Source: Iphione sp. A-MEVVRFRX5 (taxonomy: Eukaryota). From it: a stretch of 64,000 nucleotides of DNA. This document shows positions 1-15,146 of the stretch, in pieces (positions within the stretch are counted from its first letter, which is position 1; every line of letters starts with the position of its first letter). A program made the position numbers and the translations under genes. The stretch is taken from NCBI GenBank assembly GCA_976226885.1, contig OZ320316.1, positions 87,420,001 through 87,484,000 of the forward strand, given 5' to 3'. A model generated the notes under the pieces. That model was not told where the DNA came from. It searched no databases and saw nothing but the letters and a program-made list of their open reading frames with translations.

Positions 1-1140
1 TCACATTGTGATGGGTGGGCATGGCTGTGTGACAGTATGGAGGGTCAATTGTGTTCATTCAGATTACATAAAGCATACCACGCACCCTGTCTGGTTTGGC
101 ATGTATGAAATCAACAATTTCATTATTGCTGATCCTCTGATGGTCACTTTTGTTAAAATGCTCACTGATGATTGAATTGAAAACATTTCTTTTGATGTTC
201 CCAAAATGAATCTGGAAGTGGTCCATGAGTTAGTTCTTGGCTTGTCCGACATACTGTCATCCACACCTGGTCCCGATCATGTAGTAGACCAGGTTAGAGC
301 TTATGCAGCTCACCTAGGTTTTGGTCATATAGCTTTTGTGGCTATATCTACTTGTAATACAACCTGATCTTTGGGCAGTACCTGCATGAGTATTTGTTCG
401 TGGCACCAGAGTTGGTCTCGACCTCATCTGCAATTGGGAGTTTGGCTCTCACGAGCAGGTTTTTTAGGTTTTGTAGTTTAAGGAGGTTACAGGTGAAGCT
501 GTCTTTGTGCATGACCCTGGTGGTGCAAGGAGGTCTTGATTTTGGGTAACTCTGCATTTCCGTCCAATGTAGACTGGGTGAAATGTGGTTACCAGACTGG
601 AACTGGTTTCTTGTTCCCTTCCTTTGCTGCCCTTAACCAGGAGTAAGGTGCACAACATTTTGCACACTTGTTGATATGCATTTGCAATCAGCTCTAGTAG
701 GTAGCCTTTATTGACAGAGGATTTGACTAGTTTGATCACAGAAGCAACAAAGTCCTTGTCTACACTGCATATGCAGCAAATGCATAGCTGCAACCATCAG
801 TCAGTTTATGGTACACTCAGGCATGGAGCTTGTTGCCGTATGTCAGGTAGATGGTGGCGACTAAGAAGTTGATTTCAGATCTAGATTGCTCCAGTGTGAA
901 TTTTATGGTTGGATGGCGTTAGTTGAGTATGTTGTGTGAATGTGGCCAGGCTGTCTTCACCATGTGTCCAGATTGTGGAGACATCATCTATGTACTAGTA
1001 CCACACTGATGGTTGTAGGTGGTGGGTATAGTGGGGTTCTTCCTCCAGATGAGACATGAACAGACTGGTGTTAAAAGGTGCTATGTAGGTACCCACAGCT
1101 GTTCCAGAGATTTGCAGGTAGTGGCACCCTTTGAACTAGA
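1..1140 (-). mobile_element. Degenerate Penelope-like retroelement (RT C-terminal half + GIY-YIG endonuclease), many stops and frameshifts
   Basis: Manual minus-strand translation gives FKGCHYLQISGTAVGT, WY*YIDDVSTIWTHGEDSL (YIDD at ~980-994) and HPTIKFTLEQSRSEINFL. These are followed by NLKNLLVRAKL and SCISSNLVYYMIGTRCG*QYVGQ...ISEHFNKSDHQ, the RT then GIY-YIG order of PLEs. Confidence 0.85.
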
Positions 1141-2141
1141 ATAGGGTAAGGAGAAAAGAATTAATTCTGTATTAATTTTTTGAGAATGATTCATAGTGAG
1201 ATTGGCTAAAATAATGCGTAGGGGTAAGATATTGTTTGTATCATTAGCAGAATAAAAGCACGGTTCCTCTTGCTTGCAACTTTTCTGGCTTCCTTGCCCT
1301 TTTGCCTCTATGAGCCTCTGTCAGATTTCCCGGTACAGCGCCAGTTTCACATAATCTCACATAATGTCATGGTCAAGTCCAACGTGGTCAGACGCGGAAA
1401 CCTCCGATATAACTCCGCTGCTATAATGCGTCTCATGCAACTCTTGTCCTGAAAGTGAAGCTGCATAACTTGACATTTCTTACCCTTTTTCCGGAGCTCC
1501 CAGCGCACTAAGTTTAATTGCTCTGCTTTTTGCATTCTTGCAAGCATCAGTTTCAAGCAAATATAAGCGACAAATCAGTATCGACAGTGGTAGTATCCTG
1601 TAGGTTTGTCGGGTCAGCGAATAGCAAATTCACACAGGCATTCCACGTTAGTATTAGGGATCCTCAAACAAAAGTCCTCCATTTTCCAGAACATTATTTT
1701 TCAGCATGTCCCCGTGATATGTGAACAGGAAATCCCTCTACCCACGGCTGCAACATGTCCATAAAATGGTGTCACCGCTATAAAAAAAAAAACCCTAGTC
1801 CTATTACACGCTGGTTTTGCTCGAAGGTGTCGTGACTTGTCGCACAGTGTGCCACACGCCTGGCTGGATATGGCGTCATCGGAGAGGAAGTGACCGATGG
1901 CCGCTGTTGGCGTCGCTAATGCACCCGGTCCCTGGTATGAGTCATGCCCGCCCCGCAAACGCCGAGACCTGCAGCACCCTGCAGATTCCCGGCGAACTCA
2001 CAAAAAGAGATAACCAAACAGTTACTAATAGATGTAATCGCAGTGTCTATGTGTTTCCCGTCCGCCGGCACCTTGTATCACTCGGCCTTTGACTCTGCTA
2101 CGTTAGGCTACTTGGGACATTTTCTGATAGATTCATCTGAT

Positions 2142-2290
2142 TAAGTATGTTGATATTGATCAGCATTTCTATGTCCATTTGTAATTTGGCACCCTGGATT
2201 TATTTAAGTATGTCAATATTGATCCATATTCCCATGTCCTTTAGTTATGCGGCATTGTAGATTTATCTGACTAATTATGTCAGCATTGAT
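2142..2290. repeat. Diverged ~63-bp tandem duplication
   Basis: TTAAGTATGTTGATATTGATC...GATTTAT is followed by TTAAGTATGTCAATATTGATC...GATTTAT and a partial third copy. Confidence 0.55.
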
Positions 2291-5200
2291 AATTTAGGTA
2301 TTGGTAATTCAGTACATTTGGAGCGGCGGTTCAGAGACAGCGGCTGAAGTTGTGTTCTTCTGACCATCTCTAGCAACTGTTCAAGCACCCCTTACCACGC
2401 TTATTTTCATCGTTTCACTTCAGCATCGCACTGCTGACTCCTTCCTTGTTCTTCTGGTACAGTGAGAGTTACCATTGCTTCTCGAATTGCATTCTAACGA
2501 TGTAAGGCATTCTATAAGCAGAAGCAGCATCTGTATAGATGTGAAGATCCAATTTCACGAATGATGGAACGTTTTTATCATCGGTTGATGCTGACACAAG
2601 TGATACTCAGGACAGGACTCATACACACATCACTGCTGACGAAATTTCATTATACTTGCATGAAGAAGGTTTCAATGAAATGGGAGACAAAATGTTTTTG
2701 TGTATAAGATTCCTAATTAAAAAAAGAGGATTTTGACGGTCAAGCTAATCAACATTTTATTTTGTATAGATTTTGTTCTAGTTTATATTGAATTCATATG
2801 AATTCGTTGTTAGCACCGGAGGTACAATAGGTTTAGTAGATATAGCGTTCATTTTTCTGTGTATGAGACATGAGCTAATTTATGTTCGATCATTCTGAAC
2901 GTAAATGCAGTAGCTGCCGAATTGTATCCACATTAGGTTCTAACGTTCTGTTTGTACGTATAAGTTAAAATAAGTTGTAAAACTAGAATCCTATAATGAT
3001 TATTTTATAATGAGTTAACTAATGCTATTATGCATTAAACTCAGTAAGGCTACGTCTTGTAATTTCATCAGGTACCGCCAACTTCAATGTAAATGACAAA
3101 TTGTCAATTCTCTATTAGTTTCTTAATCATCTTTCAAAAATATTTCTCCTCAGAAAAGGTTATTTTGCATCAATATTCTCTATAACTGACAATATGTTAC
3201 GTGTCATAACACATTATTATAGAAAAATAATATACTAGATTCAGATGTAATGTTCTATTCCAATTTCATAGATTAATAAACGAAAGGCACAGAATTGGGG
3301 CAAAAACATAATGAGCCTCATTTCCATGTGTCTGTCTCTTCGCAGCTGTGGCACCCTGTTTTCACGGTGGGAATTGGGAACTATGGTTAGGTACTAGATT
3401 ACTTCCATGTATATGTATAGCATATACTGTTGTCTTTTATACTCTACAGTGATGCCCGAATAAAGGGTTCCACCATCTTGAATCCAACATGTGAGTTGCT
3501 CTCTCACTCACTCCAACTTCTAACTCACAAATACAACGTTGCATGTCTCTGTGTAGCAAGTATTTGGAATGGAAGATGTCCTAGTCTGCCATGTGTTCAT
3601 GGCTGTGTATGCATGTTTGGAATGGGAACTATGGTTAACAACTGACGCGTGGACACATCTGAGCCTGGCAGAACAGGGAGACCTGTTCACAGCATCATTG
3701 CCATGGAAATGCGCTACATGGAAATTAAGCTTTAAGTGAGTTGCAGCTAGAAAGTGTAAAGCAGACAAACATGGAGTTGGGAATTTGCTGAGAGGGATAA
3801 CTTCCTCGTCGTAAATCGTAAGGACTATGCCTTGTCCGGTCTGTATAGTGGTGGGTTCCTTAAGTTGCCACGATGCCGAGTTTCGAGAATAGACTACAAA
3901 AGGCCCGGCACATTGACGGCTTGTGTACGGATGACGTAAGCTGCCTGGTCACGCCCCGCAGCCAGTTATCCTTCAGCCGCCCCCTGATGTGCACCATTTA
4001 GGGCAAAGGGGCAATCGTCCAGTTATGGCACTGTTGAAAGGACCGTGTCTGGCCAATTGCAAACTAATGGCGAATCCCCAATGATGGCAGTGACCGACTA
4101 GAGAGCGGCAGATATAGCTTCGCTGTTTGATGTGAGGGGGGGCCTCTATGCAGAGCCAGTGTGGTCACTTTACGGCAAACGAACGACGCCACTAAACTGG
4201 CCTTCGTGATAGCCTGCCAGGCCTTGTAGCTCTCAGAGGGGCCACTTGGATCTCATGTCAGTTTCCATCCACCACGCTCTACGTCCAATTTGAGACTGCA
4301 ACGCTAAGATTTGCCAGCGCCCTGAACTGGAACTCAACAAGCAAGATGATACCGGCGGATCTGATATCACGCATATCAACATTTTTTTCTCTCGACTGAA
4401 TCGAGGTTCCATATACAAAGTATATATATGTATATATATGTTCTTGGTTGACATAAACGCCCCCACTGAAAATCAAGAATATTGCTAATGATAACGTTGT
4501 GGTCACATGATGAAAGTAATTTTGTAGCTCAGAGGTCACCTGCCCTACCTCAATGTGCCGGGTCAAGAGCAGTGGGGCGGGAGAAAAGTCTGTACCCCTG
4601 AGGACTTTATCTCTAAAAGGAGGTAGCAAGGGGCATCATTTCGCTCCTGCCATATGAGGATGGACGGAAATCATATAGACTTGTCTTCAGTGCATCACTT
4701 TTGGAGCGACTTTAGGGGAAAGTAGGGCAGCAAATGCAGCTTGATGGCTCAAGTAAGTTTGGAAAAGCTTGCAGTAAACACCCAATTATTGTTTATTTGG
4801 AACATCCTAGGGTTGACGACGTCACCAAATGGAAAAAGTCATTGAAGCTCATTTGTTACCGTCTTTAAAGTGAAAACGCCTTAAGTTAACCATCCAAATG
4901 CTTTATTCCCTGTAGCTTTGTACCCTAAACGTAGCGTCATTAGAATCGATATGCAGGCCTTTTGCGTCTTGTAGACTCGTTTTCATGATTTACTGCATCG
5001 ATTTCTGGTTATTCTAGATGGGGCTTGTCTCTGATCAATACCATCGAGAGCCCCCTTCGCGTAGCGGAATTTCAGGTTCGGACCTGGCGGCTCTTCCTAT
5101 TCCCTAAAGTCCTGGTCGTGCCTAGGGCGCTCAATCGTGGTGCTTTTGAACACCAGTCTTATTCAATGTTCATAAAAAAAAAGGTGGAAGGAGCGAGGGA

Positions 5201-8200
5201 ATCTTTATCTTTTGGTTGAGGTGCTCCTCAGGCTTCCGCCGGCTCCCAGAGGTGGCGTCTTGTTGCCGACGTCATGTGGGCGTGCAAACACCATCTAGCG
5301 CCCTGCTGCATATTGGCTGCGTCAGACATTTCCGTCTGTTGATGACGGAGGCTCAGGTGTCCTCTTTACGCCAACTTCTTGTACCCATGTTGACTTTCGC
5401 CTCACTCCGGCGTCTCGGCACTGTCACCGGAGAGGACAGAAAACCTAACTCCCAGAAATGACATGGACTGCGATAAGTTTCTCTTTGAACCATCGTGAAG
5501 TCCTTTTTTAAAACACAGGTTTCAGGTGAAATAACTTTGAAGTTTACTGTGTACCAAGCATATATTAATGACGATGGCTGCAGTGTTAGACTTCACAAAA
5601 GCTAATTAATAGTGACACTTCCCCATCATTCGAGAAATTGCCATCAACTTGAAAAACTCAATCGTAGAGTACTCCCCACCAGTGGAAGATTTTCATGTCA
5701 TTTGGTCAGAAAAGTAGACAAAAGTGCCTCATTTTTCCGCTTTGGATTCTGTGATTTTGCCTTCGGTAAAAAGGTAATTGAACAAACCATTGATATTTTG
5801 TCTTTCATGAGAATGTCCTTCTCACATACTATCCTCTGAAAGCTTTCCGAAATAATAAGGAATGCAAGTAGAATTCAAAGATCGGCACAAGACGCATTTA
5901 CCGTCTGGCTTTGACTCTTAAACAACTGAACAAGTAAATGCTCCTCCCGAGAGCATCTCAAGGGGAATCCGCCATCAGGATGGCCGCTCGGGCAGATGTA
6001 GCCAGACAGGTTCTGTATGATAAGCCACTATTTATCAGCTGGAGCTTGAAGGTATTGGCCTCATCATGTCACCCTAGGGCCTGTCAAAGTCGGAGTGCGT
6101 GTTTCCGACCTTGACATGTCGTGATGCCCTGATCTGCTTATACTTCGATGTCTATAGCGACCTTAGTGTCAGTAAGCGATTTAGCAGTGTACCTTTCCCA
6201 TATAGCGCTATATTTGTTATTATATGATTTTGATTGATTTGACTTTGAGCACTTGTCTGTTGTCCAGTGTTACTTTTTGATATGATGGCGGTTAATCTAA
6301 GAATAGACACGGGGAAACATCACCACCCTTCGTATCAAGGTCATACAGGACAACTTTAATCAATTATTATACATTTGCACCTTGTCGGCATCTGTTTCCA
6401 GGTGTCGGGACTATAAGTTGGAGTATTATCCATACTGACCGTAGCTCTATTTGCAATCAAATGCACTTATTTGGTTTGGTAAAGATACACCAGAAGCGGA
6501 ATACATCAGTTTTTGCACTCCTTCTCAATAGATAAGACTTTACTTGTGACATTTTCATGTTATATTCTCCTTATACCTTCATGTGTGTAGATTATAGGAT
6601 GCAGGCGATATCGAGAGAAAGGTCAGCCGATATCGCTGTTTATATTCGACTCACATCAACCAGATATTCAGACAGGGATGACATTATATTGCTTCATATA
6701 ATTATCATTAATTATCGTGTCATTTTTAATCATCTTATATTCTGTACATTACCGTTCCAAGAGGGTGGCAGTGGCAATGAAACTGCCTTCACATTCATGG
6801 ATAACGTTGAGTGAACGTTCAGAAGAATTATCCCTGGTAAAATGTTTGGATTAAAGCGTTCACTCTAATTCATACATCACATGCCATGGGAAATAAATTA
6901 TATTAAGGTGATTCGTCTTGTCACTTACATGTATCTGTCTTTGGGAGATTGTTCAAGATGCTGTAGGCAGTTGATGAATCCTGAGGGCTAATGGAAGGTC
7001 ACAAGATAAATTATACTACAGCTATTTAATCGCTCAGTCTCGACCTTTAATAACGTTTGGGATGCGTCAAGATGCTGCAGACGGTGTCCCAATGCTGACG
7101 GCAACGAAGATGGTCTTAAGGCAAACCGTACTAAAGGCATTCAATTGCCAAGTATGGATCTTTGTGAAGTGTTTGTTACCTATTTCCTACTCACGACAGA
7201 ATCTCATATTGTAAGAAGGAAAACAGGGGTGCATAATTATTCAGTTCTTATTCTATCTTCATTAAAGGGTGATACTGTTGGGTACCCTAGAACTGCCTCA
7301 TTATCATTACTGCACGTCTGAACTATTCAAAAAATTATGTAAGACATCAACAAGCTTTTCTATGATGCACATTACCGTGTGTTTTATGTCCAGCTATAGA
7401 TCACAATGCTTCCTCATCCCTCACATATTCTCGTTCCATTGCAACTCTCAGCGCACTACGTTGTTGTTATGTTGAAAACGGTGAAAAACGGTAGCGCTTC
7501 GGAATGATGTCATTAGATCCTCTCCAAACAATAGGAATTGAGTGTATCCAGGCAAGAGATATAGCATTTTAATAAAGACAAGTAGCTGTAACAATTTCTG
7601 GTCTTCTTAACGGAGGCAGTCCCCGGGTGAGACGTGCGTCAATTAACGTCAATGGTTCCACTATGGCAAGAGCATCCACGCGTCCTTGTGGGCGGGCCTC
7701 TACTGCTCTGACACCCAAGCTTTGCTCCTTGGGAAACGGAAGCTCCCGTACGCCTTGCTATTTCTGAATTAGTTTGGGACTTGGGGACGGGAGAGGTATT
7801 CCCGATAATGGGACTCCAGAGTATTTGCCGCGAGAGTGCATACACTGTAGCTTTGGGGTTTGGACACAGGTGATCTAAAAGTATGTGTGCTTGCCTTCAA
7901 AATAGTTCTTGTGTGTTAGTCTTCCTTTGGAGCTTAGTGTCTCTGTTCGTTATGTAGTAGGCAAAGGGTCTTGTCGGAGGTCACGACAGGAGTCACTGCC
8001 ACAAAGGACTGTCCTGTCCGCTACCCACGCAGTGTAGAGCTAAGGGGACTTTGCGCTGTCTAGTTTGACAGTCGTTTGAACAGAAATATTCGTATTCAAA
8101 AACATATTTAAAATAACGAGTAGATCTGCAAACGGATCAAGCCTTTCACCTCATCCCCGTGGGAAGGCCACGTTGGCATACCGCTCCGCTCGTCCGGTGA

Positions 8201-11200
8201 GGTATATTTGCTCTGCCGGGAAAGCAGATTACCCAGCTCTGTTGTCAGGCAGGCTATTGCCGAGACAATCCTGTTGTAACGCCGGAGAACTCTCCTGTCA
8301 TCCTAGCGTCAGCATCCCAGAACTTAAATCTCCACTGCCGCCGAAAATCTCACCAACCGCAAAGAGAAGAAGCCAGGTGAAGCTAATGGCAACGTCTCAA
8401 CGAAGCCACAAAGTCAACGGAAATTAGATTCCCCAATCACGGCCAATCTCCTCAACGCAATAGAGTTTGATTCCACATAATTGTCTTGAAATTGTCGCAT
8501 TCGGAGCCACAGCTAATGGGGTTTCTTGGCTTTTCGACGTAGCGTGCGAATTGTAGGAAGAGAAAAATGAGACATTGAAGGACCGTTTCCCTACAAGACG
8601 AAGAAAGGTAGACCTTTTCTGCCACAATCCTCTCTCGGCTAATGTGAGCGATGTTTTCTAGATATATGACATTGATTACGCTTGTTGAAGGGTAGTCAAA
8701 TACGTGCAGTGTCTTTTTATTTGTCAGCTCTGGAGACAAACTTTTATGTCACCTCCATTTTTTTTTCTTTATCGAGGAAACCTTCTAGCATCACATTTCA
8801 TTAACGCCCTCAGAGAATAGCTTGCGCATTATTCCTATAACGAAACAAGGGGAAAGGAGTAATCTATTACAGCGAAAATGCACCACCTAAAGGGAAATGC
8901 ACTGTCATTTTGGGGCTATCGCCATAATAAGGCTGAAGGAAGAAGACCTACTTAGTCTGTGTTTTAGCAATCAGTCCATCTGGGCATCTATGCTTGTTGT
9001 GCGTGGTCACGCATCCTTGTCTAATGGACTGGCAAGCACGGGTGTAGCAGGGCCTGGGTTACAGTCGTACTACATAGGAGTAAAAGCTTTGCGTGAGGCA
9101 AACTGGATGAGAGATATAATGTGGCATTCAAGACATAATACTCTCTCGGGTGGCCTTTATATGTGGAGCAAGCATTTGCCATGTTACACACTTCAGTCCA
9201 AGCAAATCGAACTCAACCATAAGATTAATAGTAACCACGTATACATGGTTGACTCGACGTGAAAAAATACGTTGTGGTTCACATAATAACCATTTAAGAT
9301 TCCTTGAGCTGAATACCGAACGAATCTGAAGTGTTTCCCAGAACATTTAAAACTCGGTCCCGAGGTGCTGAAGTAGTTATAAAAGGAAACTGAATTGATA
9401 TGTACTGATGACGTTAGTTTCTTTTTACATACATTAATCAAAACTGCACGGAGATAGGTTTCAGCATGTGATATGTAATACGCAAGATAGTCCATCGACA
9501 AAAAGAATCCAAAAAACTGAAAACACCAAATTAACCACGTCTTTATTATTTAGTCTCTTGTTCAGTCTGCCCTTTCAGTGTTCTCAGTTGGGTTTTGGTT
9601 ACCTGGGTAGGATTCAAACTGTCTGAAGCGATAAAGAAAAAATGTATTTTTATAGGCAAAATTTACATCGAAGTTATATTAAATGTTCTAATCAATAAAT
9701 ACAACCCAAACCAAGTTAGTTAAGAGCTTGTGAATATATAAGTACATCTATGCATTATGGGAAATTCATCCAAGGGGATGCAGAGCTACTTGATACAACA
9801 GCCGCTGTAGATGTCAGTTTTAGTATCTGCCGATTGGGTTTTCAACATTTTATTAGTTCATGCAAGAAAACGATGTCAGAATAGTATGTTATTCTACTAT
9901 TCAAACTTCGTCAACCGGAGTCAACCTTGGTACAGGGCGTCAAACTCTACTCCCATCTTTAAACATGCAGTTTGACTTTTGGCATCATCATGCAAGTGAC
10001 CAACTCCTATAACTTGATTCCCTTCCACATCGCGGAAGAATTTTGGTTACTATTTAAAAGCGGCTTTTCTACTTTTCTCTTTAAGCATATGGCCCTGGCC
10101 ATTACAAATTCCGTGTACGTATTAATCTCACATGGTTCCAAATGAAGAGCAGGAGACCATGATTCAGACAATGGCCATAAGAATAGACTTGGAGGTTGTC
10201 ATTGGCGACGGACTGACAACATGGGCTGACCAGGGGTATAATGACCGCAGGTTTATCTATAGATTACATGTACATGATTTTAGCAAAACAGTCACTGAAC
10301 AGTTAGACTGCTACTGTTACTGTTACGAAGGTGAGGGTGATGGAGGTGGTGACGACATGCCTGCTTGGGTAACACATAGACTACTGTACTGAGGAGAAAT
10401 CCAACAACATGCCCACTAGAAAGATTTAATCACCCCATGATTGGAGGCTCTATGATAAAGTGGCTTATGTCAGCATATAGGAAAGAAAACTCTTATCCGA
10501 TCAATGCTGTTAACAGGCCATAAGTCGTATGGTGGATTTATTGTCAAGAAGGTGGAACTGAGGTGGATGGCATCTAGGCAGCAGACCAGCAGTGTAGCTA
10601 TATCTTTGCATGTAGATGGGATTGATAGACATCCACATTAGTTACAAACTTGGATTGGGCAGGAGCGATTCGGAAGCCTGCTGAGTGCGCTTGTTTTATG
10701 TGTGTGTGTTGGAGGTGCGCTCCACAAAAGTTTCTCTTTATTACTTGAATTTTAGCGCATGTATACGTGGAAAACTGTATATTTCGGTTTAAGTGACATA
10801 TTGCTGACACAATATTTCGAAGTTGTAGGGCGAGGGGGAGGGGGATTCTTGCCCCTCGTAGCAACGTCTTATTGCATATTTTCCTCTTATCTCAGCAACA
10901 TACCCCGTGGATATGGATCTCGTTGGTTCCACAGATGTCTGGACTCCTGGAGATACCTTATCATGTATTCACTGGCAATCTCTATATCGATGATATTCGG
11001 CCAAATGGAGGTTATATTTGTCCAGAGAGAATTGGTCATTTAATGTATGCATGTAGACTGAGATGTGGCGGGAAACATTGCGTTCGATCTACTTCAGGAA
11101 ACAGTTCCTCGTGTTGACCTCACAGTCGGTGAACTGCATGGAGCCTCCTGGCGTGTAGCTGTCACGCAGCGTGTCCGGACCGGCCTGGTTGGTGGCAGCC

Positions 11201-14200
11201 CGCCGTGCAGTGGCTCGCGTTCATGAAGGGCATGGGCCGCCTGTCCCTTGTAACAATGGAACCAATTGAACTAAGGGATCCTCTGGTGTGTTGTTATCGT
11301 TGCTTGACTCGTGACAGATATTCAAATCCTGAACCCTTGCGTCGCGAAACTATCGCTCGAAGTTGCATCATTTCACGGTCGGACACGGCATTTGACATTC
11401 TCCATGCTGAGCAACCTCACATCGGCGCGCTCATGTATTTCAGTATGGCAGGTTGTTTCCTTTAGAGGCCCCATTTGTGGATCAGTTGTCATTGAAGCCG
11501 TAGACCGTAGGCCTTGGTTTACACGGTTAGTCTGATGGACTCTCGAACTAGCTTTCAGATAAGATGTCAAAACGGTTTGTCGTTGTCGATGGACCTTCTG
11601 GCTAGACGTGGACGTCCCTGTCGATACCTGGAAACAGCCGGTCATGGAGAAGATTATGGCTGAAGGACCAAGGTGCTGGGCATAGCCCGCGGCCGAAGGA
11701 AAACTGGGGATGGCTGGAATTTCGCGAAAACTGGGCCAGGATGGGAAAAGCCCATCGCGGCGTCGGTCAGCACGTCCTGCGGCTTGGTTTACTGCTCGGT
11801 GTCGTTGACAATAGCATGACTCATCTTGTTGACGCTTCTGTTGCTCAAGGTCGGCGCACAGAGTCGCTTTCAACTGGAGTTGTGATTGTAGAGCCGAACC
11901 TCCCTTCCCGCTCAAGTTGAGGTCACCCTCCTTAACGTAGGTTTGTTTCTTTTTCATAGAAGGCGGTCAATATTGGATCCATCCGGCACCTCCACTACGA
12001 AGCGTAGGGTCGTTGTGACGTTCGGAAAGAGTGGCATCACACAGCTTTATTTATCAAACGGAACAAAAACACAAAATCATTTTCGCATTGGCTATGCCTT
12101 TGATCCCTTGTTGATCAGAGTGTTTTCGGGTCGCAAACATCTTAAGAACCACCAGATAGCTGAGGGAAATATTAAATAAGGGTATTAAAAACAGTAAATA
12201 CAATTAAAACAGTAAATTTATATATAATGATACCAGCTAAAGAAAGTGTTGTGCCGCCAGACAGGTACTGGCTATTTGATCAATCGCTAGGAGGTTAAAT
12301 GAAAGTTCCGTGTTAAATATATGGAGCGGTGAGCTATACACCAACCTGTCGATAATGTACCTTTGGTTTGAAATAGGAAGTAGCTGATCCATGCCTGTGT
12401 GACCATGAGACACCCTTCACGGCGAACAGTTTTATACTGTAACTATGAGATACGCACCAACACACCCTTTATATAATGTAATTAGAGGTAAAAAATCACA
12501 ATAAATCATGCTGATCTCGTCCGCCCTGAATGTCCTTAGTTTAGTAATTAAGGATAATATACTTCCCTGTTGAGGCTAATTATGAATTAAGATTCAATCG
12601 ATTCTACGCCTGGTGTACCCGCAGGGCTCTCCAGCATTTCTTATCCGGGAGTCAAGGGGTTATCGGGAAGATGTGATTTCGTCTCCGATTCTACATGTAT
12701 GATTTATATTTAATATTGGCAACGTTATTCTAACGCCCTTAATTCGCTGCGTACAGATCGCTTGAATGTTCTGTACAATTTTAGATAACACGTACCGTAG
12801 AATTTAGAGAATCACCACGTGATGTCTACAGGTCTATCTCCCAGATCTTTGACACGTGAAAAGCGTGGCAATTTGACGCTGGTCGATAAATTCCCATTTG
12901 GGTGATAACGGTTCCCAGCATCACCGTAGTGAACACACTGTTGCTCACTTCGGTGTGGTTAAAGAGAAGGGCCGCAGTTCGAAAGTGGGGTTCCTACAAT
13001 TAATCTGTCTTTGAATTATATTACCCGATAAGACTCTATTTTATACTTTCTTTACGCAAGACAAACTTATATGATTTACTTTCTGTAGGCGAGCAATTAG
13101 TTTATGCTCCCAACATGCTTATGCATCACCTACTCACCTTGCGTAATTCACTCCAGTATTATCTCCAGCGACCTCCTCAGCTCGCATTTCTTGTCAATAC
13201 ACCTCATTATTCCCAACAACATTTGGGGATTTCTCTTCTCATTGGAGCACGCAATCACGGACAACTTTCAGCCGATCATTCGATCTAAAGTGAAAATCGG
13301 GTTAGGCTTCCCTGCATCTTATCAGGTTGCAGTGGAGTCACGAATCGCTCTAGTCGGCCAACATTTCCGCTGCAAAGGCTGCGGCGTGTTCGGCTGACTA
13401 GTGGTCGAAGGTTGCTGTGGATAGGCTAGCGTGCTCAGTGGAAATTTTAGCATGATGAGTTGATATATAGGCACGTACGGGTGAACACATGCAGGTCAGG
13501 CCCAAGAACCGAAATAGGACGCCCGCTACAGCGGACGGCCATGAAGGCATCAATTTGTTTGAATGGACGGTGATCGAAGCGTTAGCAGCCAGAAAGGACC
13601 TCCCCGGCCTCCATGTGACGCCCCCGCAGATGACATTACAGACGACCTGGGAGGTACTCTAAGGCAGGCGATTGCCTCTGTGGCTGCCGGGGTCGGAGTG
13701 GGGCGAAAGGCCAACTATTGTCGGTCACGCCCTGATACTACATGCTGCACTCCTTCCCACTTCTATCCATGGAGAGCATGGCTAGACTGGAAGATCCCAC
13801 AGGAAGATTTTCATACGTAAAAGCATTAGGGATTTACGGTGATGAGATCCATCGCGCAGGGCATGCGTCCACCTGGGCTGCCGTCTGATTTGTTAGTCTG
13901 GTCAGCTTCAGGTCATTATCGAATATACTAGATATTAGAGTTGTATTTTAATATTAATCATGTCATAGTAATGGAACGAAAATAGAGTAAGCCAGGCGGA
14001 ACTATCGCGGCTGGACCTTGAGTCGAATACCATAAGGTTACTTTTCTACAGAATACTCTTCAAGACAATATCGTTTATTATACATGTATATTGTAGAAAC
14101 CATCAAATACAAACCAGCTTGGGACTCATCAGACTCATCCTTACAGAGATGTTGTATATGTGGTTAGTCCAGCACGTTACCCTGTGTGACCATGCCAACT

Positions 14201-14968
14201 CAGCTACGGAGATGTTCCTGGCCATGAATATGGCCAGCACACCTAAGTAACCAGTGTGTGTGCGCCTCACAACGTGTCATACTGTGTTATCCGGAAGGAC
14301 TCACTTCCTTGGAATTTCGTACTGATAATAAATAATACAGATGAGGTAAACATCGTTAAAGGGAACTTGTCAGTTGTTCCTTAAAAATCCATCTGGGTAG
14401 TGACAAATTCTTGATTCTGAATCCCTGGATGACGAGGTTTAGCTGTAGTCCTTCTGTGTATATTACCCATGTCTGTAGCAGCATCCATTCGTGTACATGT
14501 ATAAATATTTCAAGGAGGTATTGTGTTTTTCTGCTTTGAAATACTTCTTTGTTGTTGTATTTTGCATTATTTATACGTGAGGCACTTCTCCACCCATATG
14601 TGCATAGAAATATGGGCGGGCGGAGAGTGGACTAGTATAAGAAGTGGGGTGGTGAGAGGTCTGGGGAACTAAGACGTATCTCTCAAGCCGCTGAGAGTGT
14701 AAATGGGATTTGCTGTGGTTTTGGTTCTATAAAGTCTCATCAGATGCTATGAGGTTTAATATCAGCTCTGTCAGTATTCCATTTGCTGCAGCCAGTGCTA
14801 GACAATCAAAGCAAAAGGAGGAGAGAGTGTGGCCAGTGGTGGTGATGGGCCGGGGTGTCTGATCGAGTGCTGTTCCTCCTCTTCCCCCGTTTATTACATT
14901 TAATGTTTAATGGCCCCCTCCCCCCGTGGAACACTAGAAAAGGTCTGTTATAAAATCGTTATACTATA

Positions 14969-15146
14969 CAGGTGAAACCCTATTTGCGACCGCATCGATA
15001 TGCGACCATTCTCTCTTTGCAACCAACAATGTTAGGAACAAAAGTGGTGATTTCTATAGAGCTGATGCCCTATTTGCGACCAAATTTGCCAATGCGACCA
15101 TTTGAGCTTTTGACCAGAGTGGTGACTGCAAACAGGGTTTTAATTG
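14969..15146. mobile_element. Tc1/mariner-pogo-type MITE (~178 bp)
   Basis: TA on both sides. Imperfect TIRs CAGGTGAAACCCTATTTGC / GCAAACAGGGTTTTAATTG. Internal repeats CCCTATTTGCGACC x2 and ATGCGACCATT x2. Confidence 0.65.

Noticed and set aside
11373-11957. 194-aa minus-strand ORF
   Set aside because: No recognisable domain or convincing splice context; cannot be supported as a gene.
13563-13820. Candidate first exon of the MFS gene
   Set aside because: No in-frame phase-1 donor with the expected hydrophobic TM1 start was found.
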